A stretch of 64,000 bases of DNA from Pristiophorus japonicus (taxonomy: Eukaryota). The stretch is taken from the NCBI RefSeq assembly GCF_044704955.1, contig NC_091981.1:273730001-273794000 (forward strand), in the 5' to 3' direction. The notes beneath the pieces were generated by a model, which had not been told where the DNA came from, did no database searches, and saw only the letters and a list, made by a program, of their open reading frames with translations. Each line of letters begins with the position of its first letter. Position 1 is the stretch's first letter. The translations under genes and the position numbers were made by a program. Of the stretch, positions 1-12,411 are shown piece by piece.

Positions 1-522
1 GGCGGAACCCTCGGAGAGACATGCAAACAGGGTTTCCACCAATCCAAAATGGTCAGTGGAGAGAATTCCCGATGGAGGTGTTTAATTATATCACAGGTAA
101 TTAAATCAGAGGCTAATTACAAACAGTAGGTTCCTGGTGAGAATGGGAACCACTTTTGTATTTTAATAAAATAGTAATCTCTTAAGCACCAATTTTGCAA
201 GGTTGTGCTCACAGTGTGAAGCCTCATTAATAGTGAGTGCAAGTGACACTAATCAGGGATACAATGCTGAATCTCTATCTCCACTGACACGTTCCACCAC
301 TAGTGAGGCTCTGAATCAAGAACTTCGCCTCACAAAATTACCCCTTTAGTGCCAAAGGATTAGACAGCTACAGTGATGCATTTTTTTGAGTCATCTTCCT
401 TTACTACACCAACACAACATTTTTTTTAAAAAGCTCCTCTTCTCATCAATTATCTTCCGTCGCTTCCTCATCTTCACTGCCTCACTTGACTCCTTGTTGG
501 ATGCAATTGCATTGCTTCTGTA

Positions 523-968
523 CACAGAATTGCATAGAAGTTACATCACCGAAACAGGCCATTTGGCCCAACTGGCCTCTGCCAGTGTTTCTGCTCCACA
601 TGAGTCTCCTCCCACCCTACTTCATCTAACCCCAGCAGCATATTCTTCTATTCCTTTCTCCTTCATGCATATATCTAGCTTCCCCTTATCTATGCAGTTT
701 GCCTCAGCCACCCGCTGTGGTAGCGAATAACACATTCTCACCACTCTCTGGGTAAAGAAGTTTCTGCTGGATTCCCTATTGGATTCATTAGTGACTAACT
801 CATATTTATGGCCCCTAGTTCTAGTCTGCTCCACAAGTGGAGCTTCTACCCTATCAAACCCCTTCATAATTTTAAAGGCCTCTATTAGGTCACACCTCAA
901 CTTTCTATATCCTTGAGAAGAGAGACCCAGCCTGTTCAGTATTTCCCGATAATTATAACCTCTCAACT
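523..968 (-). mobile_element. Old CR1 LINE 3' fragment (ORF2 C-terminus + 3' UTR)
   Basis: ORF 622..966 reads LRCDLIEAFKIMKG...RTRGH...RNFFTQRVV, the CR1 ORF2 C-terminal motifs also seen in younger copies in this window. Confidence 0.85.
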
Positions 969-1419
969 GATCTTTGCAGAGGTATTGTACTCTGCATTGG
1001 GTATGATGATGATGAGATAGTCATGCTTTTAGTTTCGGTTTCAGTTTATTTCTCCACTAACCAGTAGGCTAAGTGCATGGTATGCCTTAATCTGTGCTGA
1101 TGGAACCATGTAGCTTTGTGCATTGCAGGTCAGATTCACCAACCCCCTTCCATGCCAGCACCGAGCTGTATTCAAAGGGAGTATGGGTAGGAAAACCGGC
1201 ACCACGGTATTGTAAGCTGTATCTGCACCTGAACTCTCAGTAAGTACAAGTTCCTGCTGCGAGGTGGGGGGAGGGGAGGGGGGAGGGGGGAGGGCGGGGT
1301 GGCATCACCGAATTTACGTTTGAGAAATGCTACTTCATATATAATTAAAATGCCCATTGAGGACATCTTCCTTGGTGGGGATGTGGGGACAGGGGGGCAG
1401 ATACTGGATAGAATCTGCC

Positions 1420-1645
1420 TAGCAACAGGATCATACGGATCAGAAAGGCCTCAGAATTGAACTCTCCTCTGCTGATCTAACCAATCGCAACTGAGTAGCA
1501 GTACAATTGCTACCATTGGCCTCGAGTGTGGTGCCTCGGCTCACACAGGAATAATGGCCATCAGGGAGTTGTTGTGTTCATGGATCTTGTACTCCAGCAT
1601 GTTAGTGCCTTCTGTGGGCGGGGAAGAGAGGAGGAAAAAAAAGAA
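1420..1645 (+). mobile_element. Degenerate SINE-like repeat
   Basis: Resembles, from memory, a shark tRNA-derived SINE body and ends in an A-rich run; highly diverged. Confidence 0.3.
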
Positions 1646-2139
1646 ATTATGCAAAGCCCAGTTCACACACAACGCTTTGGAACTCAATCTTCAGTTGCAA
1701 AAAGGATACAAAAATTGAAACCCAGCAAAACCCAGAAATGTAGCGTTTAGTTAAAAAGAAAAATGAATCGCAGAATCAGCTATCATAGACATTGATAAAG
1801 ACACAGACCAATGACTGAAGCTGTACCTCAATTCTCCAAACTGTCAATCACTCATGACAAAACACTGTAACAAACAATATGCCAATGGACAATGAAGTAC
1901 TTTATTTAATGATAGGTTCACACTCAGTTATTTATGCACCTTTGATACCTCAATCATTTAAACTCACCTGATAGCGTTTATTGGTAAATTAATACCATAT
2001 GATTTGCACTAATTAACCAAGTGTCCCTATTCCCGGGTAATAATTTGTCCTTGGACTAGGCTTGGTTTGAATGGTGTAGGTGGAGTAACTGCAAATTGGT
2101 AAATGGAAGCCAAAAATTAAATCACTGCACCACAAAAGT

Positions 2140-2461
2140 GTCCTTGCTCATCTCAATTTTTGTCGCTCCACCATTGGGGGGCCAAGCTTTCAGCTGCCTA
2201 GGACCTAAGCTCGAGGAGCCGTATGGCCTACTCCTGCTCCTATTTCTTATGTTCTATTCCCTCCCTAAACATCTCCGCCTCTCTTTCCTGCTTTAAGATA
2301 CTCCTTAAAACCTAACTCTGTGACTGAGCTTTTGTTCAACTGCCCTAATATCTCCTCATGTGGCTTGGTGTCAAATTTTGTTTGATAGCCCTCCTGTGAA
2401 GCACCTTGGAATGTTTTACTACAATTAAAGGTGCTATATAAATCCAAGTTGTTGTTATTGC
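2140..2461 (+). mobile_element. L2 LINE 3' end
   Basis: ccaccattgg...ctttcagctgcctagg...ctccttaaaaccta and tail AAAGGTGCTATATAAATCCAAG(TTG)n, matching the L2 ends at ~40920 and ~59360. Confidence 0.8.
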
Positions 2462-3029
2462 TGCACCCCTCACTACTTTCAAACACATCCTGGCCACGTT
2501 TATCTCTCTGAGAAAAAATAAGTAATGCCTATTTTCCATCAATATTTACCTTGTGTGGTTATCAAATGTGCAATTTGTAAGCACGCAGTTTTATTCATGG
2601 AATGATAGGCTGCTTTTGAAAAGCCTCACAGATAAATTAATTGCCCTCTCAAATAGTGAAATTGAAATTTGTTCTTTAAAAAAATTTGACATTGATACAA
2701 GTTTGTGGCTGAAACACAACTTAGTGTTAGTGAAATACATATTTCCAGTGATTGCTTCATGTGATGTGGGTTTATCCACTAATATTAGCGCAGTTTCTGG
2801 TAGTCATGGAACATTAGGTGCTCTTGAACTGAGAGAGATCAAGTATACACACAAATAAACTAGCTTCTGCATATTCAAAAGGTTATTTAAAGTCACTGTT
2901 CAAACAGCCAATATTGAAAATGTTGCCAAGATATTATGTAGGCCAATTATATTTTTTTAATCCATTTCTCAACTCCATATTTCTTCAATTAGTGCCAATC
3001 CAGTGGGCAGCGGTGCATTGAGTAAAGGT

Positions 3030-3645
3030 TGGATGTGTATGGATGTATCAAAGAAATAGAAGAAAAGATCATCAGACACATCAAAGCTCTGTTGGATGGT
3101 GGTGGGACAATAAGTCACACTGGACATCAGACATGGAATAAAGGGTTAAAGTGTGTGCATGCAAGTAAAATCAGAAGCAGCCCTTACAAACTAAGCACGT
3201 ATAAACAAAAATTAAGTTGAGAACTGTACATCTGTATTGAATGTCTCAAGGCCCTGCATCGTCTCCCTCCTGTCCCAATGCAAGAGATAACATGGGGATG
3301 TCTCAAACCGACACAGAAGATAACATTCCACAGTTGGCTAAACACCCAAGAGACACAATGAGTGAAAGGTACCAGGAATAGGTGGGATAGAAATCATCTT
3401 TGCCTTGAGTGACAAGGGGTTGTGTCCATTCAAATCAATGTCTGTCTCATGTATTGAATGTCTGGTCATTATAGGCTCAGTAATTGCATAAAAACCCTGT
3501 GCGTTCTTTGTTCGGAGGGAGCAAGTGTGAGGAGTTCAGCAGGAGCTGGCTTGCAGGCTCGTTTCTCCCTTGCAAGTAAAATAAACCTACTTATGTTAGG
3601 AATCAAACAGACTGTGTTGAGGTTAATTATTTTAATCTCCACTTT
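3030..3645 (+). mobile_element. Possible solo LTR
   Basis: TATA-like CATAAAAA (~3487), downstream AATAAA (~3580), U5-like tail ending atctccac; termini and TSD not resolved. Confidence 0.35.
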
Positions 3646-4269
3646 AGATGGTAAAACCTTATGTACCACCTTCTCTAAATCATTAACAATGCTAATATCT
3701 GGGAAGGTAAAACAAGATTGGGAAAAAATTCTGTAGGCCAATTTCAGGACATATTCCTTCAAGGAATCAACCAATGGCCAAGAATCCATGGATACCCATA
3801 ATACATCAATAGCCACACCCTCACTTGGAAGCTTAGAACTATACTGGACTGGAGAAGACCATTTTTATCGATCCGGTCAGTCCCAAAGATCACAGATTCT
3901 TAACCCCACTTTATTTCTAATACCCTTCAACAGCACTGTTTTCCAAAGATTTATCCATTACCCTCTTGAAATTTAGAACATCATCTGCCTCCCTGAGTAA
4001 GCTGTTCTACATATTCGCCACTGTCTGCACCATGATGTTAACTGTGTATTAATGTTTTACATAGAAAAATATGACCGATCCTGTACTCCTGGTGGGGTCC
4101 CACCTTTGGTGAAAGTGTGCCTCGGTGTGACATGGATACTCCAACCCACTGTTCGTTCGAGCACAGCAAATTTAACAACATGTCCCTTTGCCCTGGTGTG
4201 AGAGTCAGCTATTATTATATATATATGTATCAATAAATGAGAGAGAGCATACGAGAGAGATTCGATGTA

Positions 4270-4625
4270 CATATATTTCACATCCTCAGGATGTCCCAAA
4301 GCATTTTACAGCTCATGAATTATATTTCAAATGGAGTCACACTGTTATTTACCAGCCAAGATCTCACCAGTAACAAATGAAATACATGATAGGCTATATG
4401 TTTCGGTCATGGTTTATTGAGGTAGAATATTGGCCAAGAAACAGAGAACTCCCTGTCACCGCCTTGAACAGTGCTGTTTATGCTTCGGTTCAAACTCAGA
4501 AGGGGCTCTCCACTCCGTGCTGCACTGAAACATCAGCCCAGCTGATTTAATCAAGTCCCGAAGGGGGATTTGAACCCTTGGCCTTCTAACTCAGAGGCAA
4601 GAGTGCTACCAGTGAGCCAAGCAGT
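4270..4625 (-). mobile_element. tRNA-derived SINE (SacSINE1/DeuSINE-like), degenerate
   Basis: Homologous to the copies at 11101, 24843, 31432 and 62248; tRNA-like head (ttgaaccc...ctgagcca) at the right end. Confidence 0.75.
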
Positions 4626-4876
4626 TAATATTGAACATACTCGGAGACCCAGCCCTTCTCCTCACTTTAAAAAATGCAACAGCCGTTGTTTTGTGCAATG
4701 TAAAATATCCCATGTATCTTAAATCTTACGTGATAACACAGGTGTCTAACCCCATATATCAACTTTGATCCCCTTTTTTTTGTACTCCCCTCCAACACCA
4801 GTGTGAATTCTCACTTCCCACCACCCGCCCCCCCGCGCCGCCCCACTAAGTATGTTGCCCAGAACTGAGCACAGCA

Positions 4877-7566
4877 CATAGAAACATAGAAAATAGGTGC
4901 AGGAGTAGGCTATTCGGCTCTTCGAGCCTGCAACGCCATTCAATGAGTTCATGGCTGAAAATGCAACTTCAGTACCCCATTCCTGCTTTCTCGCCATACC
5001 CCTTGATCCCCCTAATAGTAAGGACTACATCTAACTCCTTTTTGAATATATTTCGTGAATTGGCCTCAACTACTTTCTGTGGTAGAGAATTCCACAGGTT
5101 CACCACTCTTTGGGTGAAGAAGTTTCTCCTCATCTCGGTCATAAATGGCTTACCCCTTATCCTTAGACTGTGACCCCTGGTTCTGGACTTCCCCAACATT
5201 GGGAACATTCTTCCTGCATCTAACCTGACTAAACCCATCAGAATTTTAAACGTTTCTATGAGATCCCCTCTCATTCTTCTGAACTCCAGTGACTCCAAGC
5301 CCAGTTGATCCAGTCTTTCTTGATATGTCAGTCCCGCCATCCCGGGAATCAGTCTGGTGAACCTTCGCTGCATTCCTTCAATAGCAAGAATGTCCTTCCT
5401 CAAGTTAGGAGACCAAAACTGTACACAACACTCCAGGTGTGGCCTCACCAAGGCCCTGTACAACTGTAGTAACACCTCCATGCCCCTGTACTCAAATCCC
5501 CTCGCTATGAAGGCCAATATGCCATTTGCTTTCTTAACCGCCTGCTGTACCTGCATGCCAACCTTCAATGACTAATGTACCATGACACCCAGGTCTCGTT
5601 GCACCTCTCCTTTTCCTAATCTGTCACCATTCACATAATAGTCTGTCTCTCTGTTTTTACCACCAAAGTGGATGACCTCACATTTATCCACATTATACTT
5701 CATCTGCCAGGCATTTGCCCACTCACCTAACCTATCCAAATCACTCTGCAGGCTCATAGCATCCTCCTCGCAGCTCACACTGCCATCCAACTTAGTGTCA
5801 TCCACAAATTTGGAGATACTACATTTAATCCCCTCGTCTAAATCATTAATGTACAATATAAACAGCTGGGGACCCAGCACAGAACCCAGCACTAGTCACT
5901 CCCTGTCATTCTGAAAAGTATCCATTTACTCCTACTCTTTGCTTCCTGTCTGACAACCAGTTCTCAATCCACGTCAGCACACTACCCACAATCCCACATG
6001 CTTTAACTTTGCACATTAATCTCTTGTGTTGGAACTTGTCGAAAGCCTTCTGAAAGTCCAAAAACACCACATCAACTGGTTCTCCCTTGTCCACTCTACT
6101 GGAAACATCCTCAAAAAATTCCAGAAGATTTGTCAAGCATGATTTCCCTTTCACAAATCCATGATGACTTGGACCTATCATGTTACCTCTTTCCAAATGC
6201 GTTGCTATGTCATCCTTAACAATTGATTCCATCATTTTACCCACTACTGATGTCAGGCTGACCGGTCTATAATTCCGTTTTTTCTCTCCCTCCATTTTTT
6301 AAAAGTGGGGTTACATTGGCTACCCTCCACTCCATAGGAACTGATCCAGTGTCTATGGAATGTTGGAAAATGTCTGTCAATGCATCCGCTATTTCCAAGG
6401 CCACCTCCTTAAGTACTCTGGGATGCACACCATCAGGCCCTGGGGATTTATCGGCCTTCAATCCCATCAATTTCCCAAACACAATTTCCCGACTAATAAG
6501 GATTTCCCTCAATTCCTCCTTCTTACTAGACCCTCTGACCCCTTTTATATCCGGAAGGTTGTTTGTGTTCTCCTTAGTGAATACCGAACCAAAGTACTTG
6601 TTCAATTGGTCTGCCATTTCTTTGTTCCCCGTTATGACTTCCCCTGATTCTGACTGCAGAGGACCTACATTTGTCTTTACTAACCTTTTTCTCTTTACAT
6701 ATCGATAGAAACTTTTGCAGTCCGTCTTAATGTTCCCTGCAAGCTTCCTCTCGTACTCTATTTTCCCTGCCCGAATCAAACCCTTTGTCCTCCTCTGCTG
6801 AGTTCTAAATTTCTCCCAGTCCCCGGGTTCACTGCTATTTCTGGCCAATTTGTATGCCACTTCCTTGGCTTTAATACTATCCCTGATTTCCCTTGATAGC
6901 CACGGTTGAGCCACCTTCCCTTTTTTATTTTTACGCCAGACAGGGATGCACAATTGTTGTAGTTCATCCATGCGGTCTCTAAATGTTTGCCATTGCCCAT
7001 CCACAGTCAACCCCTTAAGTATCATTCGCCAATCTATCCTAGCCAATTCACGCCTCATACCTTCAAAGTTACCCTTCTTTAAGTTCTGGACCATGGTCTC
7101 TGAATTAACTGTTTCATTCTCCATCCTAATGTAGAATTCCACCATATTATGGTCACTCTTACCCAAGGGGCCTCGCACAACGAGATTGGTAATTAATCCT
7201 CTCTCATTACACAACACCCAGTCTAAGATGGCCTCCCCCCTCGTTGGTTCCTCGACATATTGGTCTAAAAAACCATCCCTTATGCATCCAGGAAATCCTC
7301 CTCCACCGTATTGCTTCTAGTTTGGTTGGCCCAATCTATATGCATATTAAAGTCACCCATTATAACTGCTGCACCTTTGTTGCATGCACCACTAATTTCC
7401 TGTTTGATGCCCTCCCCAACATCACTATTACTGTTTGGAGGTCTGTACACAACTCCCACTAACGTTTTTTGCCCTTTGGTGTTCTGCAGCTCCACCCATA
7501 TAGATTCCACATCATCCAAGCTAATGTCCTTCCTAACTATTGCATTAATCTCCTCTTTAACCAGCA
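4877..7566 (-). mobile_element. CR1 LINE (young subfamily A1), 5'-truncated within the endonuclease domain
   Basis: APE endonuclease motifs (VYRPP, MGDFN, SDH), RT motifs ([12 protein letters not shown]), (CATAGAAA)n tail; few stops/frameshifts; CAGCAC at both junctions. Confidence 0.95.
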
Positions 7567-7734
7567 CTCCAGATGAGGGTGGGTCATTCCTATGTACAAA
7601 CTAATTATCATGACCTGTGACTTGTACTTTATCCCACGATTTACACGTCACAGGATCCTGTTTGCCTCTTTCATCACTGCTTTACAATATGCTGATGGTT
7701 TGAGGGTGGTTTTGATGAAATTCATCTTTGATTC

Positions 7735-10700
7735 AAACATAGAAACATAGAAACATAGAAACATAGAAAATAGGTGCAGGAGTAGGCCATTCACCCTTCG
7801 AACCTGCACCGCCATTCAGTAAGTTCATGGCTGATCATTCCCTCAGTACCCCTTTCCTGCTTTCTCTCCATAACCCTTGATCCCCTTAGCCATAAGGACC
7901 ATATCTAACTCCCTCTTGAATATATCCAATGAACTGGCATCACAACTCTCGCTGGCAGGGAATTCCACAGGTTAACAACTCTCTGAGTGAAGAAGTTCCT
8001 CCTCATCTCAGTCCTAAATGTCCTACCCCTTATCCTAAGACTATGTCCCCTGGTTCTGAACTTCCCCAACATCGGGAACATTCTTCCCGCATCTAACCTG
8101 TCCAGTCCTGTCAGAATCTTATACGTTTCTATGGGATCCCCTCTCATCCTTCTAAACTCCAGTGAATAAAGGCCCAGTTGATCCAGTCTCTCCTCATATT
8201 ACACTCCAGCTATCCCTGGAATCAGTCTGGTAAACCTTTGCTGCACCATCTCAATAGCAAGAACATCCTTCCTCAGATTAGGAGACCAAAACTGAACACA
8301 ATATTCCTGGTGAGACCTCACTAAGGCCCTGTACAACTGCAGTAAGATCTCCCTGCTCCTATACTCAAATCCCCTAGCTATGAAGGCCAACATACCATTT
8401 ATCATCTTCACCGCCTGCTGTACCTGCATGCCAAACTTCAATGGCTGATGTACCATGGCACCCAGGTCTCGTTGCACCTCCCCTTTTCCTAATCTGCCGC
8501 CATTCAGATAATATTCTGCCTTCGTGTTTTTGCCCCCAAAATGGATAACTTCATATTTATCCACATTATACTGTATCTGCCTTGCATTTGCCCACTCACC
8601 TAACCTGTCCAAGTCATCCTGCAGCCTCTTAGCGTCCCCCTCACAGCTCACACCGCCACCCAGTTTAGTGTCATCTGCAAACTTGGACATATTACACTCA
8701 ATTCCTTCATCCAAATCGTTAATGTATATTGTAAAGAGCTGGGGTCCCAGCACTGAGCCCTGCGGCACCCCACTAGTCACTGCCTGCCATTCTGAAAAGG
8801 ACCCATTTATCCCGACTCTCTGCTTCCTGTCTGCCAACCAGTTCTCTATCCACGTTAGTACATTACACCCAATACCATGCGTTTTGATTTTGCACACCAA
8901 TCTCTTGTGCGGGACCTTGTCAAAAGCCTTTTGAAAGTCCAAATACACCACATCCACTGGTTCTCCCTTGTCCACTCTGCTAGTTCCATCCTCAAAAAAT
9001 TCCAGAAGATTCGTCAAGCATGATTTCCCTTTCATAAATCCATGCTGACTTGAACCGATCCTGTCACTGCTTTCCAAATGCGCTGCTATTTCATCTTTAA
9101 TGATTGATTCCAACATTTTCTCCACTACTGATGTCAGGCTAACCGGTCCATAATTACCTGTTTTCTCTCTCCCTCCTTTTTTAAAAACGGTGTTAAATTA
9201 GCTACCCTCCAGTCCATAGGAACTGATCCAGAGTCGATAGACTGTTGGAAAATGATCACCAATGCATCCACTATTTCTAGGGCCACTTCCTTAAGTACTC
9301 TTGGATGCAGACTATCGGGCCCCGGGAATTTATCGGCCTTCAATCCCATCAATTTCCCTACACAATTTCCCGCCTAATAAGGTACTAGACCCACTGTCCC
9401 CTAGTACATTCGGAAGGTTATTTGTGTCTTCCTTCGTGAAGACAGAACCAAAGTATTTGTTCAATTGGTCTGACATTTCTTTGTTCGCCTTTATAAATTC
9501 ACCTGAATCTGACTGCAAGGGACCGACATTTGTCTTCACTAATCTTTTTCTCTTTACATATTTAGTGAAGCTTTTGCAGTCAGTTTTTATGTTCCCTGCA
9601 AGCTTCCTCTCGTACTCTATTTTACCCCTCTTAATTAAACCCTTAGTCCTTCTCTATTGAATTCTAAATTTCTCCCAGTCCTCAGGTTTGTTACTTTTTC
9701 TAGCCAATTTATATGCCTCTGCCTTGGTTTTAACACGATCCTTAATTTCCCTTGTTAGCCAAGGTTGAGCCACCTTCACCGTTTTATTTTTACTCCAGAC
9801 AGGGATGTACAATTGCTGAAGTTCATCCATGTGATCTTTAAATGTTTGCCATTGCTTATCCACCGTCAACCCTTTAAGTATCCTTTGCCAGTCTATTCTA
9901 GCCAATTCACGCCTCATACTGTCGACGCTACCTTTCCTTAAGTTCAGGACCCTAGTTTCCAAATTAACTGTGTCACTCTCCATCTTAATAAAGAATTCTA
10001 CCATATTATGGTCACTCTTCCCCAAGGGGCCTCGCACAACAAGATTGCTAATTAATCCTTTCTCATTACACATCACCCAGTCTAGGATGGCCAGCTCTCT
10101 AGTTGGTTCCTCGACATATTATTCGAGAAAACCATCCCTAATACACTCCAGAAAATCCTCCTCCACCGCATTGCTACCAGTTTGTTTAGCCCAATTAATG
10201 TGTAGATTAAAGTCGCCCATGATAACTGCTGTACCTTTATTGCACACATCCCTTATTTCTTGTTTGATGCTGTCCCCATCCTCACTACTACTGTTTGGTG
10301 GTCTGTACACAGCTCCCACTAGCGTTTTCTGCCCTTTGGTATTCTGCAGCTCCACCCATACCGATTCCACATCATCCAGGCTAATGTCCCTCCTTACTAT
10401 TGCATTAATTTCCTCTTTAACCAGCAACGCCACCCCGCCTCCTTTTCCTCTGTGTCTATCCTTCCGAAAAGTTGAATACCCCTGGATGTTGAGTTCCCTG
10501 CCTTGGTCACCCTGGAGCCATGTCTCCGTGATGCCAATTACATTGTATCCGTTAACTGCTGTCTGCGCAGTTAATTCGTCCACCTTATTCCGAATACTCC
10601 TCGTATTGAGGCACAGAGTCTTCAGGCTTGTCTTTTTAACACACTTTGCCTCTTTAGAATTTTGCTATAATGTGGCCCTTTTTGTTTTTTGCCTTGGGTT

Positions 10701-10981
10701 TTTCTGCCCTCCACTTTTACTATTCTCCTTTCTGTCTTTTGTTTCTGCCTCCATTTTATTTCCCTCTGTCTCCCTGCATAGGTTCCCATTCCCCTGCCAT
10801 GTTAGTTTAGCTCCTCCCCAACAGCACGAGCAAACACTCCCCCTTGGATATTGGTTCCGGTCCTGCCCAGGTGCAGTCCGTCTGGTCTGTTCTGGTCCCA
10901 TATCCCCCAGAACCAGTTCCAATGTCCCAAGAATTTGAATCCCTCCCTTTTGCACCACTCCTCAAGCCACGTAGTCATCTG
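7735..10981 (-). mobile_element. CR1 LINE (subfamily A2) with complete but disrupted ORF2 and the end of the ORF1 SGNH esterase
   Basis: ORF1 end WLEEWC...DGLHL; EN (ITETWL, GGGVA, YRPP); RT (QGSVLGP, FADD); (CATAGAAA)n tail. Confidence 0.95.
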
Positions 10982-11100
10982 GGCAAAACGGGTGATAGCG
11001 GAAAGAAAATCGGATGTCGCGCGAAACAGTTGTCGATTCACAATTGCCCATTCAGCGCTAGTGCCCAAGGATAATTTGCAACCCTCGATCTCTTTGAAAT

Positions 11101-11481
11101 GAAAGAAAGACTTGCATTTATATCACATCGTTCACGACTATCGGATGTCTGAAAGCGCTTTACAGCCAATGAAGCACTTTTTGAAGTGTAGTCACTGTTG
11201 TAAGGTGGGAAAAGCGGCAGGCAATTTGAGCACAGCAAGCTCCCACAAATAGCAATGTGATAATGACCAGATCAACTGCTTTTGTTATGTTGATTGAGGG
11301 ATAAATATTAGCCAGTACACTGGGGATAACTCCCCTGCTCTTCTTTGAAATTGCGCCATGGGATCTTTTACGTCCACCTGAGAGAGCAGACGTCTCATCT
11401 GAAAGACGGCACCTCCAACAGTGCAGCACTCCCTCAGCACTGCACTGGAGTGTCAGCCTAGATTTATGTGCTCAAGTCCCA
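11101..11481 (-). mobile_element. SINE (SacSINE1/DeuSINE-like), head truncated
   Basis: High similarity to 62248-62705; tail aaagaaagacttgcatttata is the reverse complement of an L2-like 3' end. Confidence 0.85.
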
Positions 11482-11574
11482 TACTTTGCTTTGTTATTTC
11501 CTGCAGACTGTCCCCATTTATCTTGCACATCCACTGATTGTTTCACTTCCCCGACTTCATTACTTTGCAAACAA

Positions 11575-11690
11575 AAGCAAAAAAACAGAAACTGCCATCT
11601 GAAACACCAAAACAGAGAATGCTCAGCAGTTCAGGCAGCGGCCGTGGTGAGGAGGGACCAGTTAACGGGTGGCAACAGAAAAAGAAAATG
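11575..11690. mobile_element. Degenerate arm of the inverted-repeat (Penelope pLTR-like) element
   Basis: aaacagagaatgctcagcag.tcaggcagc...gttaacg matches the arms at 12412 and 29476. Confidence 0.5.
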
Positions 11691-11853
11691 GAGATCGGCA
11701 GCAATGTTCATTGATTTGAACGCTGATCTGCTTCTCCTTCATTTTCTAGGTCAATTAACAATGAGAGTTTAAAAGGAACAAAAAGGACACACAGCACACC
11801 ACAGATTGAGAGCGCAGACTGACAGGACGTCGGCCGGTGTCCATCATTCGCAC

Positions 11854-11910
11854 CTGGCAAGTTCCCAATCTTCGATGTGCAATGTCAAGCTGGTGCTGAG
11901 TAGAAGGCAT
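11854..11910 (-). CDS. DPP6: Candidate alternative first coding exon of DPP6 (MPSTQHQLDIAHRRLGTCQ)
   Basis: ATG at 11910; 19 codons ending CAG|GTGCGA in phase 0; upstream in-frame TAG; unique CpG-enriched sequence; same strand, phase and size class as the known short DPP6 N-terminal exons. Confidence 0.55.
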
Positions 11911-12411
11911 TTGCTTCCCCCACAGAGTTACAAGATAATGAGTGACCCCGAGGCACAGCTATACACTTTCGAGTGGCTGCTTCTAAAGGTAGGACACCTG
12001 TCCCACCTTCTGAACTATGGCATGGGAGAACAGGGAGAGGAACTCGAATGAGCTGGAGAGATATGTTTAAAAAAAGAAGGAAACCAGACCACATCATTAC
12101 ATTCAAAAAGTGAGGCTCCTGTGGAGCACAGAATATCTGAATTGTTACTTTCCTCGCAATAGCACAGTAACCATTCAGAGGATAATTAAACTCGCAATAA
12201 AGGCTCTGTGCTTACATAACACAGCACAACGGCATATCGATGTCCTCAAGAATATAGCTTTCGCAATGGTAAATTATCGCAGCAGCAACTTATTTCGATG
12301 AGCAGCCACCTCATTTTTCAATTACAGCCTTCCGGCCTCAACACTGAATATTCAACAACTTTAAGTCGTAACCACCGCTCCCATTTTCTCAGACAGCGGA
12401 TGCTGGTAATG

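Noticed and set aside
9970-10938. Long antisense ORFs over CR1 copies (also 55996..56976, 49376..49915)
   Set aside because: Shadow frames of CR1 ORF2 with no independent protein signature
11926-11988. Plus-strand AG...GT exon-like segment in ORF 11806..12051
   Set aside because: No recognisable protein and no other plus-strand exons; the minus-strand DPP6 reading explains the region better
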